Assembly: GCF_006345805.1 (NCBI RefSeq)
Contig: NC_043005.1
Span: 32,550,001 to 32,614,000 of the forward strand
Length of the DNA stretch: 64,000 bases
Reading direction: 5' to 3'
Origin: Octopus sinensis
Taxonomy: Eukaryota
Positions 51,440-64,000 of the stretch are shown in pieces. Position 1 is the first letter of the stretch; the number at the start of each line of letters is the position of its first letter. Position numbers and translations under genes: made by a program. The notes below the pieces were generated by a model that was not told the origin of the DNA, searched no databases, and saw only the letters and a list, made by a program, of their open reading frames with translations.

Positions 51440-53770
51440 CAGGGGTCACCAAACTTTTTTGATAGTGGGCCAGATATAGCTAAAAGAACGCCAAGCACAC
51501 ACCGGATAAATATTTTGTTCAATTTAGTACAATATAGAATACATTGAATATACACAAAAAATAAAGACAGTTATCCTATTTATTTATCAATACATAAAAT
51601 ACACAAAATAATAAAAACAATTAACATATTTTAATAATACTAAAATATTACCAAGTTAGAATTTTTTGCTTCCAAAATATCAACATTTTCATTATGATTG
51701 CTGCAGCCCACCGTAAAAATTGCTTTCAAATGTTCATCTGTGAGCTTTGTTCGATGTATTGACTTCACACACTTCATTTTTGAAAAAGTTTGCTCACAAA
51801 CATAAGTTGTTCCAAAAACTGATGCTATACCTGAGGCAAATTTTTTCAATTTTGAAAACTCATCAGCAGGCAAGCAGCAATTAAATTCAATGAGTTTTCC
51901 TTCTCTGTGCTCCTCATTCAACAAGGTTTTAGCTTGCAAGTCAATAAGCTCCAGTTGTAGTTCAGTTGGCATGTTACCAAGATTACTGCCAAAGGGATTC
52001 TCTAACAAAAGAATTTCATTCTGTCAAGATCTGAAAATCTTTGAGAAAAATGCTTATTTAAGTCCCAAATAATTTTTTTCTGAAACTCGAGGTTAATATG
52101 TTCCACATTTTCTTTGCAAAACTCTTGAAAGCACTGAAAATGAGAGAAGTTTCCTCCTTCAAGTTGTGCTTCAAACCATGATAGCTTTCTCCGAAATGCT
52201 GTAATAATTCCGTAGAGATCACAGACAAGGATATTCTTTCCTTGCAGTTTTAAATTCAATTCATTCATATGAGAAGTGACATCAACTAAAAATGACAACT
52301 TTGATAATCATGAAGGATCTGACAACTGTGGATCAGCTCTATTCTTTTTGGTGAGAAAAAGATTTATTTCTCTTTGAAGCTTATAAAAACGAAACAGGAC
52401 TTTACCGCAACTGAGCCATCTCAATTCTGTGTAGTAAGAAGTGTCTTTGAGAGCAAACCTAAAACACTTTAATACCTATGTAGTAATTAGAATCCATTTC
52501 TTCAAGGAAAGCCTGGAACTGTCGGTGATTAAGCCTATTATTCCGAATAAAGTTCACCACAGTTGTAATCAGTTTTAGTATGCAAGAAACATTTGTTTTC
52601 CACAGAGTGTTTGCTGATGTATAATGCAGTATATAAACAGAGCCTTCGGAAGCTGAAACTCCTCCAACTTGGTCTGGATTCACCCTACCAATCCCTTCCT
52701 CACTCCTGCCATGTTTTTTTGTTCCGTTGACTTTAACTCACCAAAGCCGATTCCACTGAAGGTTATAGTTTTGCAAAGTTTTCTGCACCTTTATGAAACT
52801 AACTTCTCTAGTTGTTGTTCCATGTATACTGCAAACGGATGCCATTTCTTCTATAATCTCAAAAGTTGCAATTGACACCACGAATGAACACAAGAAGCTG
52901 TGACATACTAGAGAGATGAGTGGACTCATCCATCGCAAGAGAATACCACAAAAATTTCTTAGCTTTCTCATGTATCTGTAACTGTATATTCTCTCCAAGT
53001 TCTTCTATTCTCCACACAACTCAACTTGCTGAAAGGCTGATACAGTCAAACATGTTAGCTTTTTCAGGACACAAGTCATTTGCTGCTTCCATCATGCACT
53101 CTTTTAGAAAGTTTCCGTCAGTAAATGGTTTTCCTCGCTCTGTCAACTTATTCACTATTTTGTAACTTACACGAGTGATAGATTCATTTTCAACAAACTA
53201 TTTTGTAAAGAAATTCCTTTGAAATTCCAAACTACATTTCATAGATTCAAATTTCTCGGACTGCAACTTTCCAGAATATTTAGAATGTGTTGAGAGATGT
53301 TTTGCTTCGTAGTGATGACGAATAATGTACTCTTTCACAACAGCAACACTTTCGTTGCATATCAGGCAACTAGCCTTCTGGTCATTTGTTTCCTCAAAGA
53401 AGTACTTTTCTCCCCATTCTTTATTGAAAATGTGACATTCATCATCAATCTTTCTCTTCTTAGTAGCCATAATGATGGGTGAAGAAAAAAACAAAAGCAG
53501 TCTTAGGCCTCAGCATCAGATATTCTGGTTTTAATTGTAATCACTAATGACTAGCCTGAGGCATACGTGATGCACTCTAGTAATTATTATGGCATGGGAA
53601 ATATGTAGCGCGTGACGTGACTGACTCAGTATACATATGACATGCATAAGCTAAGAAGTGTAAGAAGCAGTATAAAAGCATGTTTATTTTTTTCAGCATA
53701 CGACAGCAGGCCCGACAAATTGACGTTGCGGGCTGGATCCGGCCTGCGGGCCATAGTTTGGTGACCCATG
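51440..53770 (-). mobile_element. Full-length hAT (Charlie/Buster, SPIN-like) transposon, decayed
   Basis: TIRs CAGGGGTCACCAAACT / AGTTTGGTGACCCATG (15/16 match). 8-bp TSD GTTTCGAA / GTTTAGAA. Confidence 0.95.
51640..53470 (-). pseudogene. SPIN/GTF2IRD2-like hAT transposase pseudogene
   Basis: MATKKRKIDDEC..FNKEW, BED finger CLIC...RHHYEAKH, LNHRQF, FLVDVTSHMNELNLKLQG, FGTTYVCEQTFSKMK. Many frameshifts. Confidence 0.93.
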
Positions 53771-54221
53771 GTTTAGAACTGAAGGTAGATAAATAAAAGC
53801 TTTCTGGTTCAATGTTGTCTACAGTATATCAAGTTGTACTTGGACATATGCCCCCCCACATACACACACACATCTATGGTATATATAAGAGTGTATCAAT
53901 AGCTTAAAGCTAGAAATAGATATTACTACTGTTGTTGGTTTTTCAAGTGAATAAAACCATCAGACAGGTCAGTTTCATACCAGATCTGCTGCTTACATTG
54001 AAGTCTTTTATTTAGTTTTGTGTAAACATTTTAGTTGTATACTCAGAAGTTTTCAACTTGCTGTGCATGGTGACTATTTCCGATCTATTGAGCAATAACT
54101 ATTTGCCTGTAGATTTTAACTGCATGTTCTGTAAAGGTATTAAAGTGGTTTAGGTTTACTCTCAAACATACTTCTTACTCTTTTTTCCAAAATCTATACT
54201 ACTATTACAAAACACTGAGAA

Positions 54222-54380
54222 ATGGTAATTGGTGCACTTGGCACAAAACCTAAACTGTTACCTAAAAGACTGAAGGATATTAGAATTGAGACTTGCATTG
54301 TCACTCTGCAGCAAAGTGCAATCCTGTATTCAGCAAGAAATCTAAGAAAGATTCTTAAGATTTGAGGAAACTTGTTACCA
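54222..54380 (+). mobile_element. R4/Dong-like LINE extreme C-terminus
   Basis: VIGALGTKPK...LQQSAILYSARNLRKILKI*. Confidence 0.7.
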
Positions 54381-54924
54381 AACCTCAAAGCAAAATCCTT
54401 GCTAACTAATATAGAATGTAATAGTTATAATAATATAAATAAAAAGTTGCTACCATTATAAATAAAACAAAAAGGAAATCTTGTTAAGCTCATGTTATCC
54501 CTTCCCTAATTTATGTTTTGTTGGCATATTTATTGGACACAAACTTATTATAGTTGTCTTCTACCTCCTAAATTTCACAGTTAGTGATGATGGTTCCCAG
54601 ACTCACCCAAAAATATTTCTGATTGCATAGTTTCCTTACACCACTTCTAGCTGTAGTGCTATCTTGGTGTTTAATATCTCAATCATTCTGTGGCTATTTC
54701 TAACCAGTTTAGCACTCTTTGTTTTTCTGGCTTCAAAGTTAAGTTTGTGTCTAATGACATGGAGTATGGTTATTAATTTATGGCAACATAATGTGTAGTC
54801 ATTAGTGTCAAAAGTGTTTTGGGGACTGTTCTATATTGACTGAATTTGATGAAGATATTGAATTAATACATCCAAGATAAAAAGCTTGAATGAGAAAACT
54901 GAAAATCAAAAATGAATGTAGTTA

Positions 54925-56778
54925 CAATTTCTCCTTTTTCCCAGTATTGCTTGCCATTTTTGTACATTCTTACCGATTCTAAAGAATTTTGGCATGTCTT
55001 TACTAGCATGTATTTTTTTCTTCACTGGTAACAGTTTATCGAATATTGACTTCACCTTTCTGGCAAACATTAATTCTGCTGGTGAACTTCCTTATGGCAT
55101 ATTTAGGTTTGGTGTTACCCTATATACCATTAAGAATTGTTGGATTGTGACATCATCCATTACTTCCTTATTAGCGTTCTTTAAAGCTCTCTTAAAAGTG
55201 TCCACAAACCATTCACCCTTCTACTTGATCTAGGGTGATACAGTGCCATAGTTTTATGTTCTAACATGAACCTCTCGCAGCATCTTTTATACTCACAGGA
55301 TACAAACTGTTCCATTATCAGAGACAATTATATCTGGTACACCAAATCTTGCGAACAGCTCATGTAAGAAGTTTATTATCGTATATGAGGTTGGTTGTTT
55401 ACACCTTGCAATCTCAGGCCATTTTGTGTAGCTGTCACTACTATTAAGTAATAATATCCATTTACTGGACCTGCAAAATCGATATGCAATTGGGACCTTG
55501 GCATTTTCACTTCCAGTCAAGATTCACATTTTGTAGTAGGTAGTTTCGCTGCCAGCGCATATCCTCTGCAGCCTTTTACCAGGTTTTCAACTTTGTTGCC
55601 CATGCTTAGCCTGTATACAAAACTTCACATCAGCTCTTACATTCTAGAGATACCTGGGTGTCCCACATGGAGCTCTTTTAGCATTCTCTTCTGTAATGTC
55701 TGTGGTATGACCACCCTCGGAGCGTACATTAGTACACCATCACACATAGAGTACACACTCACATCTTGGTGGTTCTTTGCATCAGACCTTTATTTTCTCT
55801 TGTCGACCACAGTTTTCTTTTGTTTCATTAATAAAGTTGTCATTTTTCGCATTTATTTTTATTTTTTCCCAAAGTTACTGGCAGTTCACACTTGATGTTC
55901 CACATTACTTTTTTTGTTTCTGCTTCTGCTCTTAGTGCTGCGGTTATGGTGTCCTCCAGTGGTTCATTATTTCTCGGAATTAACCTAGAGAGACTATTGG
56001 AATGCCCCAACTTTTTTGTAGGCAGATATTACATTCTATAATCATAGGTTAATAGAATGGTACCCCACCACTGCAATCTGTTTACCATGTGTGTTGGAAT
56101 TCCTTTCTTGGATCTGTATATCATTATTAGAGGTCTATGGTCTGTTTGGAACCCAAAACGTCTGCTGTGAATGAACCTGTGAAACTTTTTCACATCAAAT
56201 ATGACAGTCAACCCCTCTTTTTCAATCTGGCTATAGCTCTTTTCTGCCAGCCATAATATCCTTGATATGTGTGCTATAGCTTTTCTCCTGCCATCATCTC
56301 CTGCCATGTGTAGCACGGCTCCTGTCCCATACTTGCTAGCATCTGTAACTAGTATTATCTCTGACTTTGGGTCGAAATGCGTAAGATACAAGTGTGAAGT
56401 TAACACGTCTTTTAACTTGTTAAATGCTTTCTGGCATTTTTCTGTCCAAACCCATTTGGCATTTGTTTTTAATAATTCATTAAGTGATGCCTTTATCTTA
56501 TGTATATTTGGGAATGCTTTAGCATTGTCTTGTTCGTCAGGGTTGGCATATTTCATATTGCCATTGCCCTTGCATCCAGTTTCATTGATTATTTGACCTA
56601 GTTATTTTATGTTTTACCATCAAAAATTTGCATTTTTCTTCTGTCAGTTTTAGCCTGTAATCACTTATTCTCTCAAATACTTTCTTTGTGTTCAATATGT
56701 TGCACCCGATGTGATGGCAAAGTTGCAATCACTTACATTACATCCATTATTTGTTGGAATATGGTGGGTGCCACTTCA
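54925..56778 (-). pseudogene. Gypsy (Mag-like) pol remnant: RT end, RNase H, integrase
   Basis: APTIFQQIMD, WVWTEKCQKAF, TDASKYG, YSQIEKEGL, QTDHRPL, LHVGHPGI, DSYTKWPE, FARFGVPDIIVSDNG. Domain order RT-RH-IN. No LTRs identified. Confidence 0.92.
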
Positions 56779-57829
56779 GTATTGGTGGTTCACAGTGACA
56801 CAGCTTTGTTTTCTCACATATATGCATTTATTCAGACAGCCAAAAAAAAAAAAAAAAAAGAATGTGTATATATGTGTGTACATGTAGGTGTGTATATATG
56901 TATATGTAAACATAGTCCTATATACCTGTGAACACTCCTGTAAAATGCATGCATATGCAAGGGTTTATATATATTTTGATGGCTCCTAAAAATATTTTCT
57001 CAATAATCTAATCTAAATGCTGTGTTGTTCTGGGTGAGAGCCAAACAATGCTGCTATATTCCACCATCATCTTAATTACTTTCTCTCAACAATACATTAT
57101 TTCTTACATTCTTAGATCCTCTTTTGTTATTAACCATTCTTGCCACTGTTATTATCATCATCGTCATCATCATCATTATCATCATCAGTGATGTTGATTC
57201 TGTTATTCTTATAAGAATGTACATTTTATAGTATTATTTCTTTACAGTATCAGATTTGTCTTAAATGAGATCAGTGTGTGTGTGTTGTATGCATGTGTTG
57301 TTCACATATGCAAATGCACATAAGCAGTGTATCGGCAGCATGCTCACATTTTTGTGTGTGTGTGCATGCACACACACACATACACACACACATGCCCTCC
57401 CTTTCCACAAATTATGTAGAGATAATTTTGTTGTAAGTATTCTATTTGTCTTCTGTTGACAACATCACATTCAGCTTTATCAGAGGATGGATTAGATCTA
57501 GATATATGTGTTGTGATTAAATCTAGATGTATAAATTTTAAGTTGTTACTCTGTGTGTGTGTGTGTGTGTGTATACATGTATGTATATATGCACATGCAA
57601 ACATAGTCCTCTGTGTGTGTGTGTATCTAAATATATAAAGTTCTTACTTGCTGATAACTTGAAATATTACTACTCTTGCATAACATGTTGAAAGCAAGAT
57701 TTTTGTGATTTGACAAAATTAAATATACCCCAAAAAATTACTACCGACAAGTTGATCGTCATTAAAAGATTACATCAATGTAATATGGAATGTCAAAACA
57801 TTTTGATCACTAATATTATCAAATGATTT

Positions 57830-58033
57830 AAGGCTAGCAGAATCATTAGCACAGCAGGCAAAATGCTTAACAGTATTTTCTTTGTTTTTACATTCTGAGT
57901 TCAGATTCCGCCAAGGTCAGTTTTGCCTTCCATCCTTTTGGGGTCAATAAAATAAGTACCAGTTGAATACTGGAGTTCAGGTATTTGACTTAACCCCACC
58001 ACCAAAATTGCTGGCCTTGTGTCAAAATTTGTA
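57830..58033 (+). mobile_element. SINE family B with a 21-bp target-site duplication
   Basis: ACTAATATTATCAAATGATTT at 57809-57829 and again at 58034-58054. Confidence 0.9.
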
Positions 58034-58299
58034 ACTAATATTATCAAATGATTTGAAAACAATGAAAGTTAGAAACATTTATGAAAATCAGGGTAGTTAA
58101 AATTAGGGTAATTAAAGGTGCATCTGCTACCCACTCTACCATGCCCTTTGCCCCCAGTGCTCATATTAAATTTTCCAGTGTCTTTAGGTGGTACTACTCA
58201 CTTTGAGAAGCACTGTTTTAGTAAGATATATATTTAATTTCTGTTCAAACCTTGCATTTTATAGCTTCTTTCATTTCATGTGTGTGTGTGTGTGTGTGT

Positions 58300-58335
<36 letters not shown>

Positions 58336-59174
58336 TGAATGAGTATGTGTTGTTAAGATATTGACAGGAAGTGTATGTGTGCATAGTCCTTGAAAAGAAC
58401 TGTCACTAAGAGACAAAATAATTGAGACTGAGAGTAGAGAGACGCTTATAGCTGGACATCTAGATTGGTTATTAACAACCAAGATTAAGGGGATAGTTGA
58501 ATGGGAATGGGTGTAATGAATTGTGTTCTTGCTGATTCATTTATTGCTGAGGTTGTTGCACTTGTAGAAATGTTGTAATCATTCATTGCACCAAATTAGA
58601 AACTGGTGTAATAAATTAATCTATTCATTTGTGACAAATTACAGTGATCTTCCTTGACAATTCAAGTTATTTCATTGTATTTGAAGGAATTGAAATGAAA
58701 AAGTAGATTTGTTAAATCTTGTAGATCATGCCTAGTTATCTTTAGACAAGTATGTAACATCAGGTTAGGAATAAGAGAATTTGGTAGAATGGTGAGTACA
58801 GTTGCTAAAGTGAGGGTTATTGTTTCTTTTAATTTGTGGGCAGTTTGAGGAATAGACAAGTGTTTCTCAGACTGAAGAATCTTGGACTTGGTCATATACA
58901 AAGATTTGAAATGATGAAGCTAGTCTATTGACAAGTGATCCAACACTTGATAGAGACTGTTGGAAGAGGCATCTGTTGCCTAGGATACTAAAAACTGATT
59001 GACTGATTGAATTAGTTTATATGAGGAATGTGACATGATTAATCAAAGTCTGTTATTGAGAATTGTTCACTCAGATGGATTATAAATACTCTTATGACTG
59101 TGCACTCCAGTTTCCATTGGAATATTTATAGATTTTCAATGTGTAAAGCAGTATCAGAGAGAGATGGGGAGTGA

Positions 59175-59190
<16 letters not shown>

Positions 59191-59212
<22 letters not shown>

Positions 59213-59717
59213 CTCTCTCTCTTTTCCCGTCTGTCTTGATAGACAATGGGTCGCGCCAAGGGTGGGGCCTACTTTGATGATGAGCAGCGTCTGCTGTGAC
59301 TGAACAGTCCAATTCTAGAGTGGCAGTCCCTGGTACAGTTGCTGCACACGAACATCGATGGGTACGTGTGGGGTGTTGCTGCAGTTGTCCTCCATATATA
59401 TCTAGAGAGAGAGAGAGAGAGAGGAGCATCAGTGTGCACATGCATGTGTGTGTGTATATATATATATCTCTCTCTCTTTTCCCGTCTGTCTTGATAGACA
59501 ATGGGTCGCGCCAAGGGTGGGGCCTACTTTGATGATGAGCAGCGTCTGCTGTGACTGAACAGTCCAATTCTAGAGTGGCAGTCCCTGGTACAGTTGCTGC
59601 ACACGAACATCGATGGGTACGTGTGGGGTGTTGCTGCAGTTGTCCTCCATATATATCTAGAGAGAGAGAGAGAGAGAGGAGCATCAGTGTGCACATGCAT
59701 GTGTGTGTGTATATATA
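59191..59717. repeat. 255-bp tandem duplication containing an RTE-like LINE 3' end
   Basis: CTTTTCCCGT recurs at 59221 and 59476. The minus strand of each unit encodes FVCSNCTRDCHSRIGLFSHSRRC (C-terminal zinc finger). Confidence 0.92.
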
Positions 59718-60037
59718 GTTGAAACGATTATGAGGAAATCTTCCAGACTGATGTTGTGTGTTTGTTGACAAAGAAACTGATCATACTGACATTACTACAC
59801 TTGTTTTTGTCCAAAGTATTTATTACTCATAAACCATTGCAAAATATTGATTTAGATAATAGATTATAGAATTTATTGTCCACAGTTACATATATCATCA
59901 AAGTTTTGTTTTAAAACTACCAAAATGCAATGGGAAAATTACTTGGCTGAAATTTTGATCTCATTTTTGTTACTGCAGTCCCACACTGCCTATAAGAGAG
60001 GAAATAATAGCAATAAAGATAATAATAATAATGATGA

Positions 60038-60729
60038 TTTCAAATTTTTGCCACAAGGGCAGCTAGGGGGAGGTGGGAATGAGTCAGTTATGTCAAACCC
60101 CAGTGTTCAACTGGTATTTATTTTATCAACCCTGAATGAATGAAAGGCAAAGTCAATCTTGGTGAAATTTGAAGTCAGAACACAATGATGGGCAAAATAC
60201 CACTAAGCATTTTATCCTGCGTGCTAATGATTCTGCCAGCTAACCACCTTTGTAGTAATAATAATGATAATCCTTTTTACTATTGACACAAGGCCAGCAA
60301 GTTCGGGGGGAGAGATTAAGTCAATTACATTGACTGCAGTCTATAAGTAGTATTTATTTCATTGAACCTGAAATGATGAAAGGCAATGTCCATCTTGACA
60401 GAATTTGAATGCCACACTTAATAATAATATAATAGTGAATTTATAACAATCTTTAATGATGGAAATCTTGGCCCAAAGAGTGAAATGTTTTTGTTGGCTG
60501 GAATGTGCAGGGCCTTCTGCTCTGAATAATCATGCTGCCATCTACCATACTGCATAAAAAAAAAACAACCACTCCCAATTTGCTATTGTATTGACTCCAA
60601 ATCTCTACACTCCAAACATTATCATCATCATCTGGAGCCTGGTGCAGCCTTCTGGCTTCCCAGATCCCCGGTCGAACCGTCCAACCCATGCTAGCATGGA
60701 GAACGGACGTTAAACGATGATGATGATGA

Positions 60730-60776
<47 letters not shown>

Positions 60777-60998
60777 GCTGCTGCTGCAGTGAACTGGCAG
60801 AATTGTTTTTAGCACACCAGATGAAATGCTTAGTGGTATTTCACCTGTCACTACATTCTGAGTTCTAATTCCGCCGAGGTTGACTTTATCTTTCATCCTT
60901 TCAGGGTCAATAAAATAAGTACCAGTTGAATACTGGGGTCGATATAATTGATTCATCCCCTCCCCCAAAATTGCTGCCCTTGTGGCAAAATTTGAAAT
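60038..60998. mobile_element. Cluster of SINE-B copies (60038-60250 -, 60280-60412 -, 60790-60998 +) and an RTE tail (60628-60730 +)
   Basis: Direct matches to the family copies above, separated by (TAA)/(TGA) tracts. Confidence 0.8.
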
Positions 60999-61763
60999 TG
61001 TTATTATTATCATCATCATTATTGGAGTGGCTGAGTTAAGGGAAGTCTTTGGGGAGGCATCCAGTGTCTCAAATAAGTTGACCTATATATGTTGCGTTTA
61101 GATGACCTGCTTGAGTATGGCCATACTTTGGTATCCATAGCAGTAGCTTACTTGCCAGTTACACTTGATTTAATCAACTAGCCCCTTTCCCTCAAATTTC
61201 AAGCCTTGTACCTGTATTAAAGTTGTCTTTTTTTTTTCAAACTGTTCTCAAACATAAATTTCAACTTTCTTTACCAAGTTCTGTATTTATGTATATGTAT
61301 ATTTGTATTGTTGTGTACATGCATGCATACACACAATGACACACATACACATATGCACACTGTATTGTGCGTATATTATGTTGTTTGCATATTTGTGGTT
61401 CTGTTTTGTGTATTGTGTTGTTATGTGTATATTTATTTGAAAGCTGTTATTGCATAGGAATGAAATTTACTTTTAACACTAGATACATACATTAAGACAT
61501 TATCCATTTCTTTGCTCAATGGATTCAGATTAACTGTTCACTGTAGTTACTTAAACAGAAAATGTTTCTCTAAATATTTTGAACTTCCTCTGTAGCTTCA
61601 TATAAATATTTTTCAAATTTGCATTTTCCCTTTTTTTTCTCCTGCTTGCTTCCCATCAAGCAGAAATTATTTTCCTTTTTCCTCTATTTTATAAATTTCT
61701 TCAACCTTCTGAATAATTTGTTTTATTCCCCTCCCCCACCCTTCCATTCCAATTTTATTTTAA

Positions 61764-61983
61764 CCCTTTTCATATCAACTGACCTAAAAATGTTTCTGGA
61801 GCTATGACACAAAATTACTGTTTTAAAGTGATCTAAATTATAATCTGTCATCAGAATTGTATGTTAATTTTTTCCAGATACCAGCTTCATAATGAGAAAG
61901 TTATTTTACTAAATTCTTCATTATTTAAAAAATTATTTGAAGCAAAAGCATTATATGTTGTCAGAAATATGGTAACAAAAGGG
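61764..61983. mobile_element. Second TTAA MITE family (older)
   Basis: TTAA-CCCTTTT...AAAAGGG-TTGA, ~220 bp. The interior looks unrelated to 13905-14123. Confidence 0.6.
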
Positions 61984-62317
61984 TTGAATTGATTCCAACA
62001 CTTAGTTATCCCGAAATATTTTCTTGGATTTCTAGACTGAGTATTGTTACTGCAGCTAAAATTACCTACTTGTAAGTAAATATAAATAGATAGAGTAGTA
62101 ATTAATTTTTAATTAGTTATAGCACACTCTTAGTGAAAAGTATTTCATCTAAGATGAACTGAGATGTGCCCTGGCAAGTATGTGTCTAATTACATGTACA
62201 CACACTTACATGCATGTGTGTATAAACTATGTGCTTGTGTGTGCATATATATATGTATATATATATATATGTATATATACATACATACACACATACATGT
62301 ATATATGTATGTCTCTT

Positions 62318-62590
62318 ATCATCACCGTTTAACATCCGCTTTCTATGCTGGCATGGGTTGGATGGTTTGACTGAGGACTGGCAAGCTAGGAAGCTGCACC
62401 AGGCTCCAATCTGCTCTGGCAAGGTTTCTACAGTTGGATGCCCTTTCTAATGCTAGGGTACTTTTTACGTGCCACTGGCATGGGGGCCAGTCAGGCGGTA
62501 CTGGCACTGACCACACTCATTGGGCTTGCCAGGTCTTCTTAAGCACAGCATATCTCCAAAGGTCTCTCTCTTTGCAGCCTCATTAAATGC
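62318..62590 (-). mobile_element. RTE LINE 3' end, internally deleted
   Basis: Collinear with parts of 17745-18360. Confidence 0.8.
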
Positions 62591-62828
62591 AAGTGAGCCA
62601 TCATCCACGCGGACATATTTCTCTCCTATGGCATCATGATTCTCTTTGACACACTATCTTGCAACACAATGCACTTCAAGTCTTTGGTCCTCATGATGCA
62701 CACATACACACATGTATGTATGTATGCATTGTATATTTATACATCCGCATGCGTGCATATATATATGTACACACACACATCGTTGGCAATTTTCTTCCTC
62801 TATCTTCCCTTCTATTGGACTTTCCTCT

Positions 62829-62864
62829 GTTTCCGAAGAAGAGCATCTGCTCGAAATGTTAAAC
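62829..62864 (+). ncRNA. Minimal type I hammerhead ribozyme-like motif
   Basis: GTTT-CCGAAGA-A-GAGC(ATCT)GCTC-GAAA-TG-TT-AAAC. Helix I is GTTT/AAAC, the core is C(U>C)GAAGA, helix II is a perfect 4 bp, followed by GAAA and a GUU triplet. Confidence 0.55.
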
Positions 62865-62983
62865 CATATTCCTTTCCTTTCCTGGGCATCTGCTAATACT
62901 TTACATGTTCCATGTCCTCGCGTTGTTTTTTTTTGTGTTTGTTCTACTTTTTGGGATTTACTATATATATGTGTGTGTGTGTG

Positions 62984-63017
<34 letters not shown>

Positions 63018-64000
63018 TTATAGTTTAAATGTACAGAAAACAAAATGCTGAGACAAGCAGATGTTGTGAAAGATATTCTGTACTATTTTTGACTCTGTGT
63101 AATGAAATATTTGGTTTGAAGAATTGAATATATTTTGTCTGGATTTCTTTGAAATTCAATATATTGCAGTAAATTCTCTCTTGCGAATAGTCACTAACTA
63201 ACCCCAATAGTCTATCAGTATCTATCTATCCGTTATGTGTTAATTACCTGTTTTTAATGACTGTTTTTCATGGCCACACTTTTCCACTAATCTTACCCTC
63301 CACTTATTATTTCTCTCTTACAACTCAACACTGAAGTCCAATATGTCATCAACAAAAAGACATTGAGTTGGATGAATTATAAGCATGCTGGGTGAAATAC
63401 TTAGCAGCATTTTGTTCATCTTCAAGTTCTGAGTTCAAATTCCCCCAAAATGACTGGACTTGTGCCAAAATTTGAAACCAGTATTTCATAGACTAGAAAC
63501 AATATTTACAACTGGGCCACTACATTCTTTCAGTCAACATTGCTACCTATATAAATATGGTTTACACATTCACCAAGATGAGGAAGCTTCACTGCTTTTC
63601 ACTTTTTCTTTTTGTCGACTTATTTTTGTTTTTTCTTCTGTTAGGTCAGAGTGACATAAGAATCTATTGTTGTGTTTTCAAGCCACCCTTACAGACTGCT
63701 GCATTATTGTACTTCTAACATAACTGAGAAATATTTCTTCATTATTGTTACAATATTTCAGTTGCAGTAGTAATATTATCATTGAAATTAATGTGGCCAG
63801 CCTCTCATAACAAAACACATTTTTACACTATCTTCTTTGTTTTATTATTTTATGTCATTCAATTTGCTCATTTCCTTTGTCTATCTATCTACTTCCCCCC
63901 TCCCGTTGTAAATGGTTTCTAATTTAACATCTCTTTCATAATATGCAATGCTCACTTACCAAATTCTTGAAGACTTTTATCATCTACCTGAATAAACCCA

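Noticed and set aside
59154-59771. 205-aa ORF with an internal 85-aa repeat
   Set aside because: Produced by the 255-bp duplication and microsatellites. The meaningful peptide is in another frame (LINE zinc finger).

Overview
AT-rich eukaryotic DNA with many microsatellites, almost certainly intronic or intergenic. From recall, not a database search, the interspersed repeats resemble those of octopus (coleoid cephalopod) genomes. No intact host gene is visible: the ORF track is explained by decayed transposable elements and simple repeats. DNA transposons: an internally deleted piggyBac (41-852), two TTAA MITEs, a 57-bp TA MITE, a Tc1/mariner, a near full-length Tigger/pogo, a full-length SPIN/Charlie-like hAT with an 8-bp TSD, a THAP-domain exon remnant, a Helitron helicase fragment and a probable non-autonomous Helitron. 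Retroelements: a nested, deleted pair of Mag-like Gypsy elements with tRNA-Ser primer sites, a Gypsy pol remnant, fragments of RTE, R4/Dong-like and Penelope-like elements, and several tRNA-SINE families. The most interesting signals are two related minimal hammerhead-ribozyme-like motifs in a short dispersed repeat (62829-62864 and 20765-20792), a ~310-bp-arm inverted repeat inside the probable Helitron, a PHD-like finger in an RTE ORF2, a candidate 27-nt microexon, and a 255-bp duplication with no differences I could see. Boundaries of degenerate fragments are approximate.
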